From positions 32,001 through 96,000 of IMG/VR virus record IMGVR_UViG_3300001450_010303: a stretch of DNA of 64,000 nt. One strand, written 5' to 3'. The DNA comes from a virus. Of the stretch, positions 8,853 to 18,484 are shown one piece after another (position 1 is the stretch's first letter; each line of letters starts with the position of its first letter). The notes beneath the pieces are model-generated. The model was not told the DNA's origin and searched no databases. It saw only the letters and a program-made list of their open reading frames with translations. The position numbers and the translations under genes were made by a program.

Positions 8853-9778
8853 ACATTTTAATTACCGGTGGCGCCGGATACATCGGCAGTGAATTAACAC
8901 AATATCTCTTAGACGATGGGCACAAGGTCATTGCATATGATAATTTAATGTACGATCCCACATCGTTACTGAGATATACAAACAACCCTAATTTCTCTTT
9001 TGTAAAAGGAGATGTTAGGAACCTTGAGTTACTAAAGAAATATACCGAGAAAGCTGATATTATAATCCCCTTAGCTGCTTTAGTTGGGTTTCCTTTATGT
9101 GACAAAGACGTCCGCGGTGCGCACGAAATTAACCATGAGGTAAATGCTTGGATTGCAAAAAACAAATCCGTGGATCAATTAGTTATCTATCCGTGCACCA
9201 ACTCTGGATATGGAACGAGTGCTGGTGGCTCCGTGGTCACTGAAGAGTCACCCTTAAATCCTGTGTCTTTATACGGTAGAACAAAAGTAGCAGGTGAGCG
9301 TGAATATAGAAACGTTGAAAATCATGTCACCTTTAGGTTAGCTACGGTATTCGGTCCCGGTTCTAGAATGAGAACCGACCTATTAGTTAATAACTTTGTT
9401 CTCAAGGCGCTTAGAGAACGCGTCCTGGTTCTCTACGAATGTGAATTTATGAGAAACTACGGACACCTCCAAGATGTATGCCGTGCTTTTAAGTGGGCTA
9501 TTAACAATTGGGAAGTTGTCAAGAATGACACATATAATATGGGTAACGACTCGCTCAATATGAACAAACTTCAATTAGCACAAAAGATTCAAGAGCATCT
9601 TCCGCTAGAAATTATTAAAGCAGAATTCAACACTGATCCAGACACCCGCGATTATACAGTTAGCAGTCAAAAGTTTTATGACACAGGTTTTGAGTGTAAA
9701 TATGATTTAGACGATGGAATTAAACAGCTTATCACGGCATATAGTATTATTGAATCTCCGTGGTACGCAAATTACTAG
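8849..9778 (+). CDS. NDP-sugar SDR resembling Campylobacter Cj1427-type GDP-heptose 4-dehydrogenase
   Basis: TGGAGYIGS, ADIIIPLAALVG.PLC, YP.TNSGYG, YxxxK, TFRLATVFG..RMR.DLLVN, DPD.RDY.VS (match to Cj1427 recalled from memory). Confidence 0.8.
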   Translation: MNILITGGAGYIGSELTQYLLDDGHKVIAYDNLMYDPTSLLRYTNNPNFSFVKGDVRNLELLKKYTEKADIIIPLAALVGFPLCDKDVRGAHEINHEVNAWIAKNKSVDQLVIYPCTNSGYGTSAGGSVVTEESPLNPVSLYGRTKVAGEREYRNVENHVTFRLATVFGPGSRMRTDLLVNNFVLKALRERVLVLYECEFMRNYGHLQDVCRAFKWAINNWEVVKNDTYNMGNDSLNMNKLQLAQKIQEHLPLEIIKAEFNTDPDTRDYTVSSQKFYDTGFECKYDLDDGIKQLITAYSIIESPWYANY

Positions 9779-9785
9779 GAAAATT

Positions 9786-11297
9786 ATGAGTAAAAAATTA
9801 GACGTTTTGTTCGTGCATCCAAATGGTGCTCCTATCATTTATCAAGAATTGTCAAAGACATACTCCGCGATAGAACCCCCCATTTGGGCAGCTTTATTAG
9901 CTAACAATGCCCGGGCAAACGGGTGGAATACCCAGCTAATTGATTGTGAAGCAGAACAACTGAATGCTTCAGAATCAGCAGAAGTAATAGGATCCTACAA
10001 CCCAAAATTAGTTGCAATTGTAATCTATGGCCAACAACCATCAGCCTCCACACAAAATATGGCCGGCACCCGAGCGCTCTTGGCAGAGATTCGGGCGTCA
10101 CATGGCCATCTTAAAACTGTATTAATAGGTTTGCACCCATCAGCTGTATCTCGTCAAACATTATCAGAGGAACAGACTGACTTTGTGTGCCAGGGGGAAG
10201 GTGTGCACACGGTTAATGCTTTGTTGAGTATCAATATGAATGATACCTCTCAATTGGCAACTGTGCCGGGTCTATGGTATCGAGAAGACGGCAAAATTAG
10301 ATGTACTAAACCAGCCCCAATTATTGCTCAAGAAGCTTTAGAAAAAGAACTTCCAGGTATGGCGTGGGACTTATTGCCTATGGACAAATATCGAACTTCT
10401 AACTGGCATGCAATGACGAATGGGAATGATAGAGCGCCGTTTGCTTCTTTATATACTAGTTTGGGTTGCCCATTTCGTTGTAGCTTCTGCTGTATCAACG
10501 CCCCATTCGGAAACAATAATTTAGAGAATTGGGACACCGCCCGCAATAAGTTCAGATATTGGGATCCGGAATACATTATAAAGGAATTCGATCAGTTTCA
10601 CAAGATGGGGATCCGCAATATAAAAATAGCAGATGAAATGTTCGTCTTATATAAAGATCACTTTATGAGGCTATGTGAATTAATACATGAGAGGGGATAC
10701 GACTTCAACATCTGGGCCTACTCTAGAATAGATACAGTTAAAGAAGAATATTTAGAGACACTCAAAAAAGCAGGGGTTAATTGGTTAGCTCTAGGAATAG
10801 AATCAGGAAACACGGCAGTTAGAAAAGATGTAACAAAGGGAAAATTTACGGATTTAAATATACGTGATTTAGTTGATAGAGTACAAGACGCTGGTATTAG
10901 TGTAATAGGAAATTATATATTTGGGCTACCCGAAGATACGATCGAAACAATGGAAGACACCTTATCTCTATCAATGGAATTAAATTGTGAATTTTCAAAT
11001 TATTATTCGGCCATGGCATACCCTGGATCAAAATTATATTTAGAAGCTTTAAAAGAAGGGTGGGAATTACCTGACACCTATGTGGGTTATTCACAACATT
11101 CGTATGAAACTCAGCCACTCCCAACTAATCATATCTCAGCAGCCGAAGTATTAAAATTTAGAGATGAATCTTTCTTAAAATACTATAAAAATCCAAAGTA
11201 TCTTGATATGATAGAAGAAAGATTTGGAAACAATACTCGTAGTGGTATCGAAGAGATGACTAAAATTAAACTAAAAAGAAAAATCTTAGGAGATTAA
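9786..11297 (+). CDS. cobalamin-binding radical SAM enzyme (class B methylase-like)
   Basis: N-terminal B12-binding region (GLHPS, DFVCQGEG), CPFRCSFC, DEMF, GIESG, IFGLPEDT, YPGS; start moved to ATG 9786. Confidence 0.9.
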   Translation: MSKKLDVLFVHPNGAPIIYQELSKTYSAIEPPIWAALLANNARANGWNTQLIDCEAEQLNASESAEVIGSYNPKLVAIVIYGQQPSASTQNMAGTRALLAEIRASHGHLKTVLIGLHPSAVSRQTLSEEQTDFVCQGEGVHTVNALLSINMNDTSQLATVPGLWYREDGKIRCTKPAPIIAQEALEKELPGMAWDLLPMDKYRTSNWHAMTNGNDRAPFASLYTSLGCPFRCSFCCINAPFGNNNLENWDTARNKFRYWDPEYIIKEFDQFHKMGIRNIKIADEMFVLYKDHFMRLCELIHERGYDFNIWAYSRIDTVKEEYLETLKKAGVNWLALGIESGNTAVRKDVTKGKFTDLNIRDLVDRVQDAGISVIGNYIFGLPEDTIETMEDTLSLSMELNCEFSNYYSAMAYPGSKLYLEALKEGWELPDTYVGYSQHSYETQPLPTNHISAAEVLKFRDESFLKYYKNPKYLDMIEERFGNNTRSGIEEMTKIKLKRKILGD

Positions 11298-11909
11298 GTG
11301 CTAACAAAAAAGGAATTAATACAATTTGAGACCAAAATGGCGACATGCTTTGACGACGCCATGATTCGCGCCCCCGTCCATCTTTACAACGGGAACGAAG
11401 ATCAAATAATAAAAGTATTCAAGGATAACAATATTGGGCCAGAGGATTGGGTTTTATGTTCTTGGAGAAGCCACTATCAATGCTTGCTTAAGGGAGTACC
11501 GCAAGATGAGCTTAAGGCGGCAATTTTGCAAGGGCGCTCTATTTCACTTTGTTTTGCAAAATATCGCGTCTTTTCATCTGGCATTGTAACTGGGGTTCTC
11601 CCAATTGCAACGGGGATTGCTCTAGACATCAAACGAAAGGCTGGTAAGAATAAGGTTTATTGTTTTATGGGGGAAATGACTTCCGAGACGGGTGTTGCTC
11701 ACGAATGTATTAAATATGCCCGCAATCATGAACTTCCAATTCATTTTATTATTGAAGATAATGGCAAGTCAGTATGTACTGACACCCGGGCCACATGGAA
11801 CCAACAGAAACTTACTTATGAAGATGTTAATGATGAATATATTACATACTACAAATACAAACTAGACAAATATCCACATGCTGGAGCAGGGAAGAGGGTC
11901 CAATTCTAA
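11298..11909 (+). CDS. ThDP-dependent enzyme, E1-alpha-like (short)
   Basis: PVHL..GNE, WRSHYQCLLKG, SSGIV, ATGIAL, variant ThDP motif GEMTSETG...EDN; GTG start. Confidence 0.85.
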   Translation: MLTKKELIQFETKMATCFDDAMIRAPVHLYNGNEDQIIKVFKDNNIGPEDWVLCSWRSHYQCLLKGVPQDELKAAILQGRSISLCFAKYRVFSSGIVTGVLPIATGIALDIKRKAGKNKVYCFMGEMTSETGVAHECIKYARNHELPIHFIIEDNGKSVCTDTRATWNQQKLTYEDVNDEYITYYKYKLDKYPHAGAGKRVQF

Positions 11910-12448
11910 TGGGAAAATATTTTGATGAACTAAAGAGAGCGATGGATTATCTTGGAGAACAAGAAGATACAATGTTTTTAGGACAAGCAGTTGCCTACAA
12001 GGGCACAGCGATGACTAACACCCTATCGGGAGTGCCAAAAGATAAATTATTAGAAATGCCGGTTGATGAAGAGATGCAGATGGGTATGACCAATGGTTTA
12101 GCTATCAACGGAACAATCCCAATTAGTATATATCCACGATGGAATTTCCTTCTGCTAGCGGTTAATCAGTTGGTTAATCATCTTGATAGGATGAAAGAGT
12201 TTTCTCACGGAGAATACATCCCGAAAGCAATCATCCGCGTCGGCATCGGTTCTGTGCGACCTCTGAATCCCCAAGTTCAACATACGGGGGATTTCACTCA
12301 GATCTTCCGCGGAATGCTGAGGAACACAGAAGTTATCAAATGCGAAGAGCCAGAAGATGTCTTTCCAGCTTACCACAAAGCATATAATCGAAGAGATGGG
12401 AAAAGTACTATAGTCGTAGAATATGGAGACTATTATGGAGAAAAGTAA
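11909..12448 (+). CDS. ThDP-dependent enzyme, E1-beta/transketolase PYR domain only
   Basis: FLGQAV, EMPVDEEMQMGM..GLA, NQLVNHLD, QH; no C-terminal domain. Confidence 0.85.
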   Translation: MGKYFDELKRAMDYLGEQEDTMFLGQAVAYKGTAMTNTLSGVPKDKLLEMPVDEEMQMGMTNGLAINGTIPISIYPRWNFLLLAVNQLVNHLDRMKEFSHGEYIPKAIIRVGIGSVRPLNPQVQHTGDFTQIFRGMLRNTEVIKCEEPEDVFPAYHKAYNRRDGKSTIVVEYGDYYGEK

Positions 12449-13394
12449 TCTTAAGGTCTTGTTCATAACAGAGAAATATTGTGATGCGGATCCACAAAAA
12501 GGTTTGACTAATAATTATCATAACTTGTTTAGAACTTTTAAGAATGTACTCCCAGAAGCAAATTTTAGTATCATTCATATAGATGAATATTCTATAGTCA
12601 AGAAAAAACACATCGATAGTTTTATACCAACTGCTGTAGATAAGGTTTCACCGGATGTAGTTATTTTTTCGCTACTTGGAAAATCACACCTGAATCCGAC
12701 TGATGACAGCTATGAATATATTAAGAGTAAGGGCTGCAAAACAGTATTCATGTGGCCGGATGTGTTTGCAGGGTGGGGAATCCCAGAGATTGAGGAAATG
12801 AATGAGAAGGGTTTCGCTGATTTACATGTGTGTTGGGGATCTGAAAGAAATACTAATAAACAATACGATAATTTAATTTGGCTCTGGGCTCCTCAAGACG
12901 AAACTCTTTACCACCCAATCGATTCATCCGAAAAAAGTATAAATACTAGTTTCTTGGGCAGCCCAAGATATGAAGAGAGACAAAGATATCTAACTCATTT
13001 GATAACTAATAAAATTCAAGTACATATAGGCGGAGGCCAAAGAGAGGAGGGCTTATCGGCAGCCAGATATGCTGAATTAATGAGACATAGCAAAATTAGT
13101 TTGAACTTTCCAGGAGGTCCAGAGGGCAATGACCAATGCAAAGGAAGGGTCTGGGAAGTTTTGGCAACAAAGTCTCTTTTGTTGGAAAGAACAAACGATG
13201 CAATAAAAAACTATCTAATACCAAATGTACATTACGTCGAATTTGACAACGAGCAAGATCTAATAGAGAAAATTAAGTATTACTTGGAAAACGAAAAAGA
13301 AAGGGAATACATCGCTCAAAAAGGCTATGAGATATATAAGGACAAATATAATGCAGAAGTATTCTGGAACACAATTATGGAGAAGTTAGGATGA
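12435..13394 (+). CDS. glycosyltransferase, CgeB/Glyco_trans_1_2-like
   Basis: SFLGS...R, SKISLNF, KGRVWE, HYVEF, EKIKYYL..E.ERE.IA.KGY. Confidence 0.8.
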   Translation: MEKSNLKVLFITEKYCDADPQKGLTNNYHNLFRTFKNVLPEANFSIIHIDEYSIVKKKHIDSFIPTAVDKVSPDVVIFSLLGKSHLNPTDDSYEYIKSKGCKTVFMWPDVFAGWGIPEIEEMNEKGFADLHVCWGSERNTNKQYDNLIWLWAPQDETLYHPIDSSEKSINTSFLGSPRYEERQRYLTHLITNKIQVHIGGGQREEGLSAARYAELMRHSKISLNFPGGPEGNDQCKGRVWEVLATKSLLLERTNDAIKNYLIPNVHYVEFDNEQDLIEKIKYYLENEKEREYIAQKGYEIYKDKYNAEVFWNTIMEKLG

Positions 13395-14230
13395 GTTATA
13401 AATATGATGTATCCATTCTCATGCCAGCAATCAGAACACACCAATGGTTGATGTTATATGGAAGCTTATACAACGCATGTAGAGAGCATTCATGGGAGTT
13501 GGTTTTGGTGAGTCCGTTTGACTTACCACCGGAGATGACACATTTTGATAATGTTAAGTTAATTAAAGACTATGGCGCCCCCACCCGAGCGGCACAAATT
13601 GGTGCTATACAGTGTGAAGGCGAATTTATGTATCACTGTGTTGATGACGCAATCTTTTTACCGGATGTGATCGATGGCGCTATAAAATTCCTAAGAGAAC
13701 AAAACAATAAAAAACTTGTTGTCAATATGAGATATAGAGAAGGCGCCCAATACGGCGGTGGCACTTTACCAGGACAATTTTGGCTAGCCCACTATCACGA
13801 AGAATTAAGGTTAGCCGGCATTCCAAAAGATTACAAGATTTCGTGCCACCACTTTATGAGAATGGATTATTTTAAAGAGTTAGGCGGTTGGGACTGCAAA
13901 TATGAATATATTAATCACCCATTGCATGACCTTATGTTTAGGGTACAAGCCGACGGTGGCCGCCTGGTTGATTCGCCCATGGATGCAACAACCTGCAACC
14001 ACTATATTAACAAGACCGGCGATCACGCCCCAATTTATGATGCACAAACCTTTAGTGACAAACCAGTGTTTGATGCAATTTACTCTCAACCCGGCAATGC
14101 CGCCGCCAGTAGAATACATATTGATTTAAATAATTGGCAACAGTCCTCTCCTATATGGAAACGTAGATTCAAATATGATGAAGAAGGTAACTTGCCTGAA
14201 AGTTATGATGACTTAGGATATAACAAATGA
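13391..14230 (+). CDS. GT2-like glycosyltransferase, paralogue A
   Basis: VSILMPAIR, ELVLVSP, VDD, ELGGWD, DLMFR. Confidence 0.75.
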   Translation: MSYKYDVSILMPAIRTHQWLMLYGSLYNACREHSWELVLVSPFDLPPEMTHFDNVKLIKDYGAPTRAAQIGAIQCEGEFMYHCVDDAIFLPDVIDGAIKFLREQNNKKLVVNMRYREGAQYGGGTLPGQFWLAHYHEELRLAGIPKDYKISCHHFMRMDYFKELGGWDCKYEYINHPLHDLMFRVQADGGRLVDSPMDATTCNHYINKTGDHAPIYDAQTFSDKPVFDAIYSQPGNAAASRIHIDLNNWQQSSPIWKRRFKYDEEGNLPESYDDLGYNK

Positions 14231-15012
14231 AAGTAGGAATTGTTGGAGTAGGCGTAGTCGGCGCCGCTTGCAAATTTGGATTTGAATTGGTTGGACATAA
14301 CGTTTCAATCCACGATATAATTTATGATACGACACTAACAGATGTACTAGACACAGAAATCGTCTATATATGCGTTCCTACCCCTCAAGCAGAGGATGGA
14401 GCATGTGACGTCAGTATAGTCCGCGAAGTCGTTCTAGAGCTAAAAGAACGCGGCTATAATGGTATTGTAGCCCTCAAGTCGACGGTTGTGCCTGGAACCA
14501 CTCAATCGCTGCGAGAAGAAACGGGCCTGAATGTCTGTTTCGTACCAGAGTTTTTGCGAGAGCGCTGCGCCATCACTGACTTCACAGAGAACCATGATGT
14601 TTGTATAATAGGCTGCAGCGACGATAAAACATATGAGCTTATTAAAAGCTGTCATGAGCCGCTACCAGAAAAGTTTGTTAAACTGACACATGCGGAAGCA
14701 GAATTTTGTAAGTATTTCAACAATGTATACAATGCGATGTTGATTATTTTTGCTAATAGTTTTTATGAGGCCTGTAAGAATAATGGTGTTAATTATACGA
14801 ATGTTAAAAACGCTGTGTCAAATAGAAAGCATATCCACGGCCATTACCTTGAGTGTAATGACAACTTCCGCGGTTTTGGCGGCATGTGTTTGCCAAAAGA
14901 TGTGTCAGCAATGGCAAAACTAATGGAAAGTACCACTGTTGATTTCTTCGAAGATCTTTTAGACGAAAATAGCAAATATAACATTACAGTGTTTGAAGGA
15001 ATGAGAAAATGA
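14227..15012 (+). CDS. ugd: UDP-glucose/GDP-mannose 6-dehydrogenase family, short form
   Basis: GVGVVG, ICVPTP, KSTVVPGT, PEFLRE, AEFCKY, GFGGMCLPKD (catalytic Cys); C-terminal domain absent. Confidence 0.85.
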   Translation: MKVGIVGVGVVGAACKFGFELVGHNVSIHDIIYDTTLTDVLDTEIVYICVPTPQAEDGACDVSIVREVVLELKERGYNGIVALKSTVVPGTTQSLREETGLNVCFVPEFLRERCAITDFTENHDVCIIGCSDDKTYELIKSCHEPLPEKFVKLTHAEAEFCKYFNNVYNAMLIIFANSFYEACKNNGVNYTNVKNAVSNRKHIHGHYLECNDNFRGFGGMCLPKDVSAMAKLMESTTVDFFEDLLDENSKYNITVFEGMRK

Positions 15013-15908
15013 TCTCTAATCGTTATGGGTTTATTTTTATTCACACCCCCAAGACCGGTGGTACATCTGTGCTAACAGCCCTTCACGAAGATACAGACAG
15101 AGAATGCCACATTCATATGGAACAGGAAGTTTCCGGCGGCATTGCGGCCGTGCTCCCAGGAAAAAAAGATTTTCCTTGGTGGGGAGCTTGGATTCAACAA
15201 CAAAGACAGATAGAAGAATACTTTAAACGTAATGGTATAGCTCAACTTTTTCTTGATCCTGCTACGGCAGTTTTTAGTCACTCTACCACGACGTCCAACG
15301 TAGGTGGAGGAAACATCAAACACTTGCCTATTAAATATTGGGCTATGTTATTAGCAGATCAAAGATTACAATCCTATGGTAGTTTTTTAGAAAATTACGG
15401 AATTGTAACCACATGTCGTAACCCTTACAATCGTGAATTTTCAAAGTTTATTTACACGCAGCGACCGGATATCTTAACTATGATTTCTTATTGTAAACAA
15501 AGAGGCTTCTCCAATGAACAAGTTTCGAAAAAACTACAAAGTAATTGGCGCCAGTGGGCTTCTATAAATTTAAGATCCACCCCTGATAGCAATAAAACGA
15601 ATCTGTTCAACACCCAATGTGATTTTTATAGTAGTATAGATAATTCTCCCAATTTGCAATACTTCGGTACTGACAAACCTTTTTTTATTCGGCTTGAACA
15701 CATGGAAGAAGATTATAATAAATTTTGTAAGATGGTAGGAATAAAAAGAAAAACTACTAAAATGCCACATAATCTGAATACCTCTGGTGAATTTAAAGAA
15801 TATTTGCCTGACAATATATTAGAGTGGTATGTGGGAGAACCATTCAACTTAATTCACGAGTCTCGAAAAGAAGATTTTGAGTTGTTACCATATGAAAAGG
15901 AGGTTTAA
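15009..15908 (+). CDS. sulfotransferase (Sulfotransfer_2-like)
   Basis: 5'-PSB FIHTPKTGGTS; 3'-PB RNPYNREFS; IRLEHMEED; DFELLPY. Confidence 0.8.
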   Translation: MISNRYGFIFIHTPKTGGTSVLTALHEDTDRECHIHMEQEVSGGIAAVLPGKKDFPWWGAWIQQQRQIEEYFKRNGIAQLFLDPATAVFSHSTTTSNVGGGNIKHLPIKYWAMLLADQRLQSYGSFLENYGIVTTCRNPYNREFSKFIYTQRPDILTMISYCKQRGFSNEQVSKKLQSNWRQWASINLRSTPDSNKTNLFNTQCDFYSSIDNSPNLQYFGTDKPFFIRLEHMEEDYNKFCKMVGIKRKTTKMPHNLNTSGEFKEYLPDNILEWYVGEPFNLIHESRKEDFELLPYEKEV

Positions 15909-15909
15909 A

Positions 15910-16923
15910 ATGAAAAAGGTTTTAATTACAGGTAGCCAAGGTTTTATTGGCTCATATCTATGTACCGAATATTTGGACAAGGGGTATCAAGTTGTCGGCA
16001 TTGATAACTTTTCAAAATACGGCCCAATCTCCCGCCCCCATGATAACCATGTAAATTTCGAACTAATTGAGATGGACATAATCGATGTAAAAACATCAGA
16101 GATTCCACCGACTCTAAAAGATGTAGATTACATTATTGCGGGTGCTGCTATGATCGGTGGTATTACATACTTTCACAAATATGCTTATGATCTGTTGGCA
16201 ACAAATGAAAGAATTTTAGCCTCTACATTTGATCTAGCGATAAAGCTCAACAAATTTCATAGTTTGAGACGAATCGTAGTATTGTCTAGTAGCATGGTTT
16301 TTGAGAATACAACTGTATATCCAACTCCAGAGAGTGAAATTAAGACATGTGCCCCACCGCTAAGTACATACGGGTTTCAAAAATTAGCCGTTGAATATTT
16401 TTGTAAAGGAGCCTACGAACAATACAAGCTACCTTATACAATAATACGTCCTTTTAATTGTGTTGGTGTTGGAGAGGAAGACGCCATTGGAGAACATGAA
16501 GTTAAATCTGGAAACATTAAACTCATGATGAGTCATGTCCTGCCGGATATCGTTAATAAAATTATGAAGGGACAAGACCCTTTACATATCCTTGGTTCAG
16601 GCGAACAGATACGCTGTTACACAAATGGAAAAGACATCGCCCGAGGAATACGGATGTGCATGGAAAGTTCAGCCGCGATAAACGAGGATTTCAATATCTC
16701 AATATCTCAGCCAACATCAGTAATAGAGTTAGCTAAGGTAGTATGGGGTATTTTAAACCCAGGAAAAGAATTCACGTTTGTTTCTGATAAAGCATATGAA
16801 TATGATGTGCAAAGGCGTATTCCAAATACTAATAAGGCAAAAGAAATGTTAGGGTTCGAGGCACAGATTGGTCTGATAGAATCTGTGCGAGAGGTTATAG
16901 AATATATGAGAGGTAAAACGTGA
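15910..16923 (+). CDS. NAD-dependent NDP-sugar epimerase/dehydratase/decarboxylase (SDR)
   Basis: TGSQGFIGS, SSSMVF, YGFQK, RPFNCVG, GSGEQIRCYT; GAGG RBS before ATG 15910. Confidence 0.88.
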   Translation: MKKVLITGSQGFIGSYLCTEYLDKGYQVVGIDNFSKYGPISRPHDNHVNFELIEMDIIDVKTSEIPPTLKDVDYIIAGAAMIGGITYFHKYAYDLLATNERILASTFDLAIKLNKFHSLRRIVVLSSSMVFENTTVYPTPESEIKTCAPPLSTYGFQKLAVEYFCKGAYEQYKLPYTIIRPFNCVGVGEEDAIGEHEVKSGNIKLMMSHVLPDIVNKIMKGQDPLHILGSGEQIRCYTNGKDIARGIRMCMESSAAINEDFNISISQPTSVIELAKVVWGILNPGKEFTFVSDKAYEYDVQRRIPNTNKAKEMLGFEAQIGLIESVREVIEYMRGKT

Positions 16924-17708
16924 AAAAACCAGAGATATCACTTATATTACCGAGCATCAGAACAGAACGATTACCAAAATTATATGAATCAATCCTTAGT
17001 TCAACCAGTCGCGACTTCGAGTTAATAGTATGCGGCCCTAATCCATTACCAGAGGAGTTAAAAGAAGAAAAAAATGTCAAATACGTAAAGGATTATGGCT
17101 CACCAGTCCGTGCATCTAATATAGCTGCTTCTCTATGCGAAGGAGAAATATATACTTGGTTGGCAGATGACTGTCTATTTTTTGAAAATTCACTTGACAC
17201 ATGTATAGAAGCATATTATAATATGGGTGCGGCTAAAAACAACGTCCTCGTTGCAAAGTATTTCGAAGGACAAAACGGCTCCCTCGAACGGAGTACGTTA
17301 CAGCCAGATAGCTATTTTAGAATTAATGGAACCCCCGCAGCTTCAGAACACATTCCAAATGACTGGTGGTTATTTAATATAGCTTTTATGAGATCTAATT
17401 TTTTTAATGAACTGGGTGGATGGGATTGTTCGTACGAGGGAACATGGGCCTCCCATGCTGACATGGCCATTAGAGCCCAATATCTTGGCGCCAACGTCAA
17501 GATGGCAGATATCCCATTATTTGAGTGTGACCACATGCCTGGCGGCACCGGAGACCACATGCCAATCTTTATTTGCCAACATGAACATGACGAGCCATTA
17601 CTACAACAAAGATACAGAGATCCAAACTGGACTGTTAATATAAATCCAAAACTTAAACTAGAAAACTGGAAAAACGCACCTGCAGTGTGGAAGAGGAGAT
17701 TCAAATAA
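16920..17708 (+). CDS. GT2-like glycosyltransferase, paralogue B
   Basis: ISLILPSIR, KDYGSPVRA, ADD, ELGGWD, GDHMP, VWKRRF; GTG start. Confidence 0.75.
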   Translation: MKKPEISLILPSIRTERLPKLYESILSSTSRDFELIVCGPNPLPEELKEEKNVKYVKDYGSPVRASNIAASLCEGEIYTWLADDCLFFENSLDTCIEAYYNMGAAKNNVLVAKYFEGQNGSLERSTLQPDSYFRINGTPAASEHIPNDWWLFNIAFMRSNFFNELGGWDCSYEGTWASHADMAIRAQYLGANVKMADIPLFECDHMPGGTGDHMPIFICQHEHDEPLLQQRYRDPNWTVNINPKLKLENWKNAPAVWKRRFK

Positions 17709-18484
17709 TGCATTACGACCTATCAATTTGCTTACCTGCCCACAGAACACATCTATGGAAAAGGTTATATGATACTGCAGCTGAAGCTGTTGGCCCAAAT
17801 CATACTTGGGAAATGATCTTAGTTGGCCCCAATGAACCACCAGAAGAGCTAGCTAAGAAGAATAACTTTAAATTTTTTAAAGATTACGGTACTCCATCTC
17901 GTTGCGCTCAAATAGCAACAACTTTAGCTGAAGGAGAACTAATGATGTGGGGCTCGGATGATGGATATTTTCTTAAGGATTCAATTGGTGAATGTATTGA
18001 AATACATAAAAATCTACCATTTAAGGATGCGATAATTATAAAATATGCAGAAGGTCGTGATATTAGCGGAAAATGTCCCGAAGATAGCTATTGGACTGCT
18101 TGGACTCACCCGGACTTACGTTTGCCAGGAGTTCCAAAAGACTATAAAATAACTCTTTTAGCAATGTATAAATTAGAATATTTTAGAGAATTAGGTGGCT
18201 GGGATTGTAGGTTTGAACATTTAAATATGAATACACATGATTTATCCTTCAGGGCTCAGCGAAATGGAAGTAAAATACACTTCTCTCCAAACCTCGTCCT
18301 AACATGTGATTGGAACCCAAATGAGGGCGACCATATACCAGTACAACAAGCTTATCATGCCAATGACGCACCCCTGTTTAGGAATATGTATATGCAAGAT
18401 CAATCGGAAAGAATCAAAATTGATTACTTTAATTGGGCTAAAAGCCCACCGGTTTGGAAAAGAAGATTCGGAGAAGAAAAATGA
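17708..18484 (+). CDS. GT2-like glycosyltransferase, paralogue C
   Basis: LSICLPAHR, KDYGTPSRC, SDD, ELGGWD, GDHIP, VWKRRF. Confidence 0.75.
   Translation: MHYDLSICLPAHRTHLWKRLYDTAAEAVGPNHTWEMILVGPNEPPEELAKKNNFKFFKDYGTPSRCAQIATTLAEGELMMWGSDDGYFLKDSIGECIEIHKNLPFKDAIIIKYAEGRDISGKCPEDSYWTAWTHPDLRLPGVPKDYKITLLAMYKLEYFRELGGWDCRFEHLNMNTHDLSFRAQRNGSKIHFSPNLVLTCDWNPNEGDHIPVQQAYHANDAPLFRNMYMQDQSERIKIDYFNWAKSPPVWKRRFGEEK

Noticed and set aside
11298-12448. Pyruvate dehydrogenase as an auxiliary metabolic gene
   Set aside because: The subunits are truncated, E2/E3 are absent, and the genes sit inside a sugar operon.
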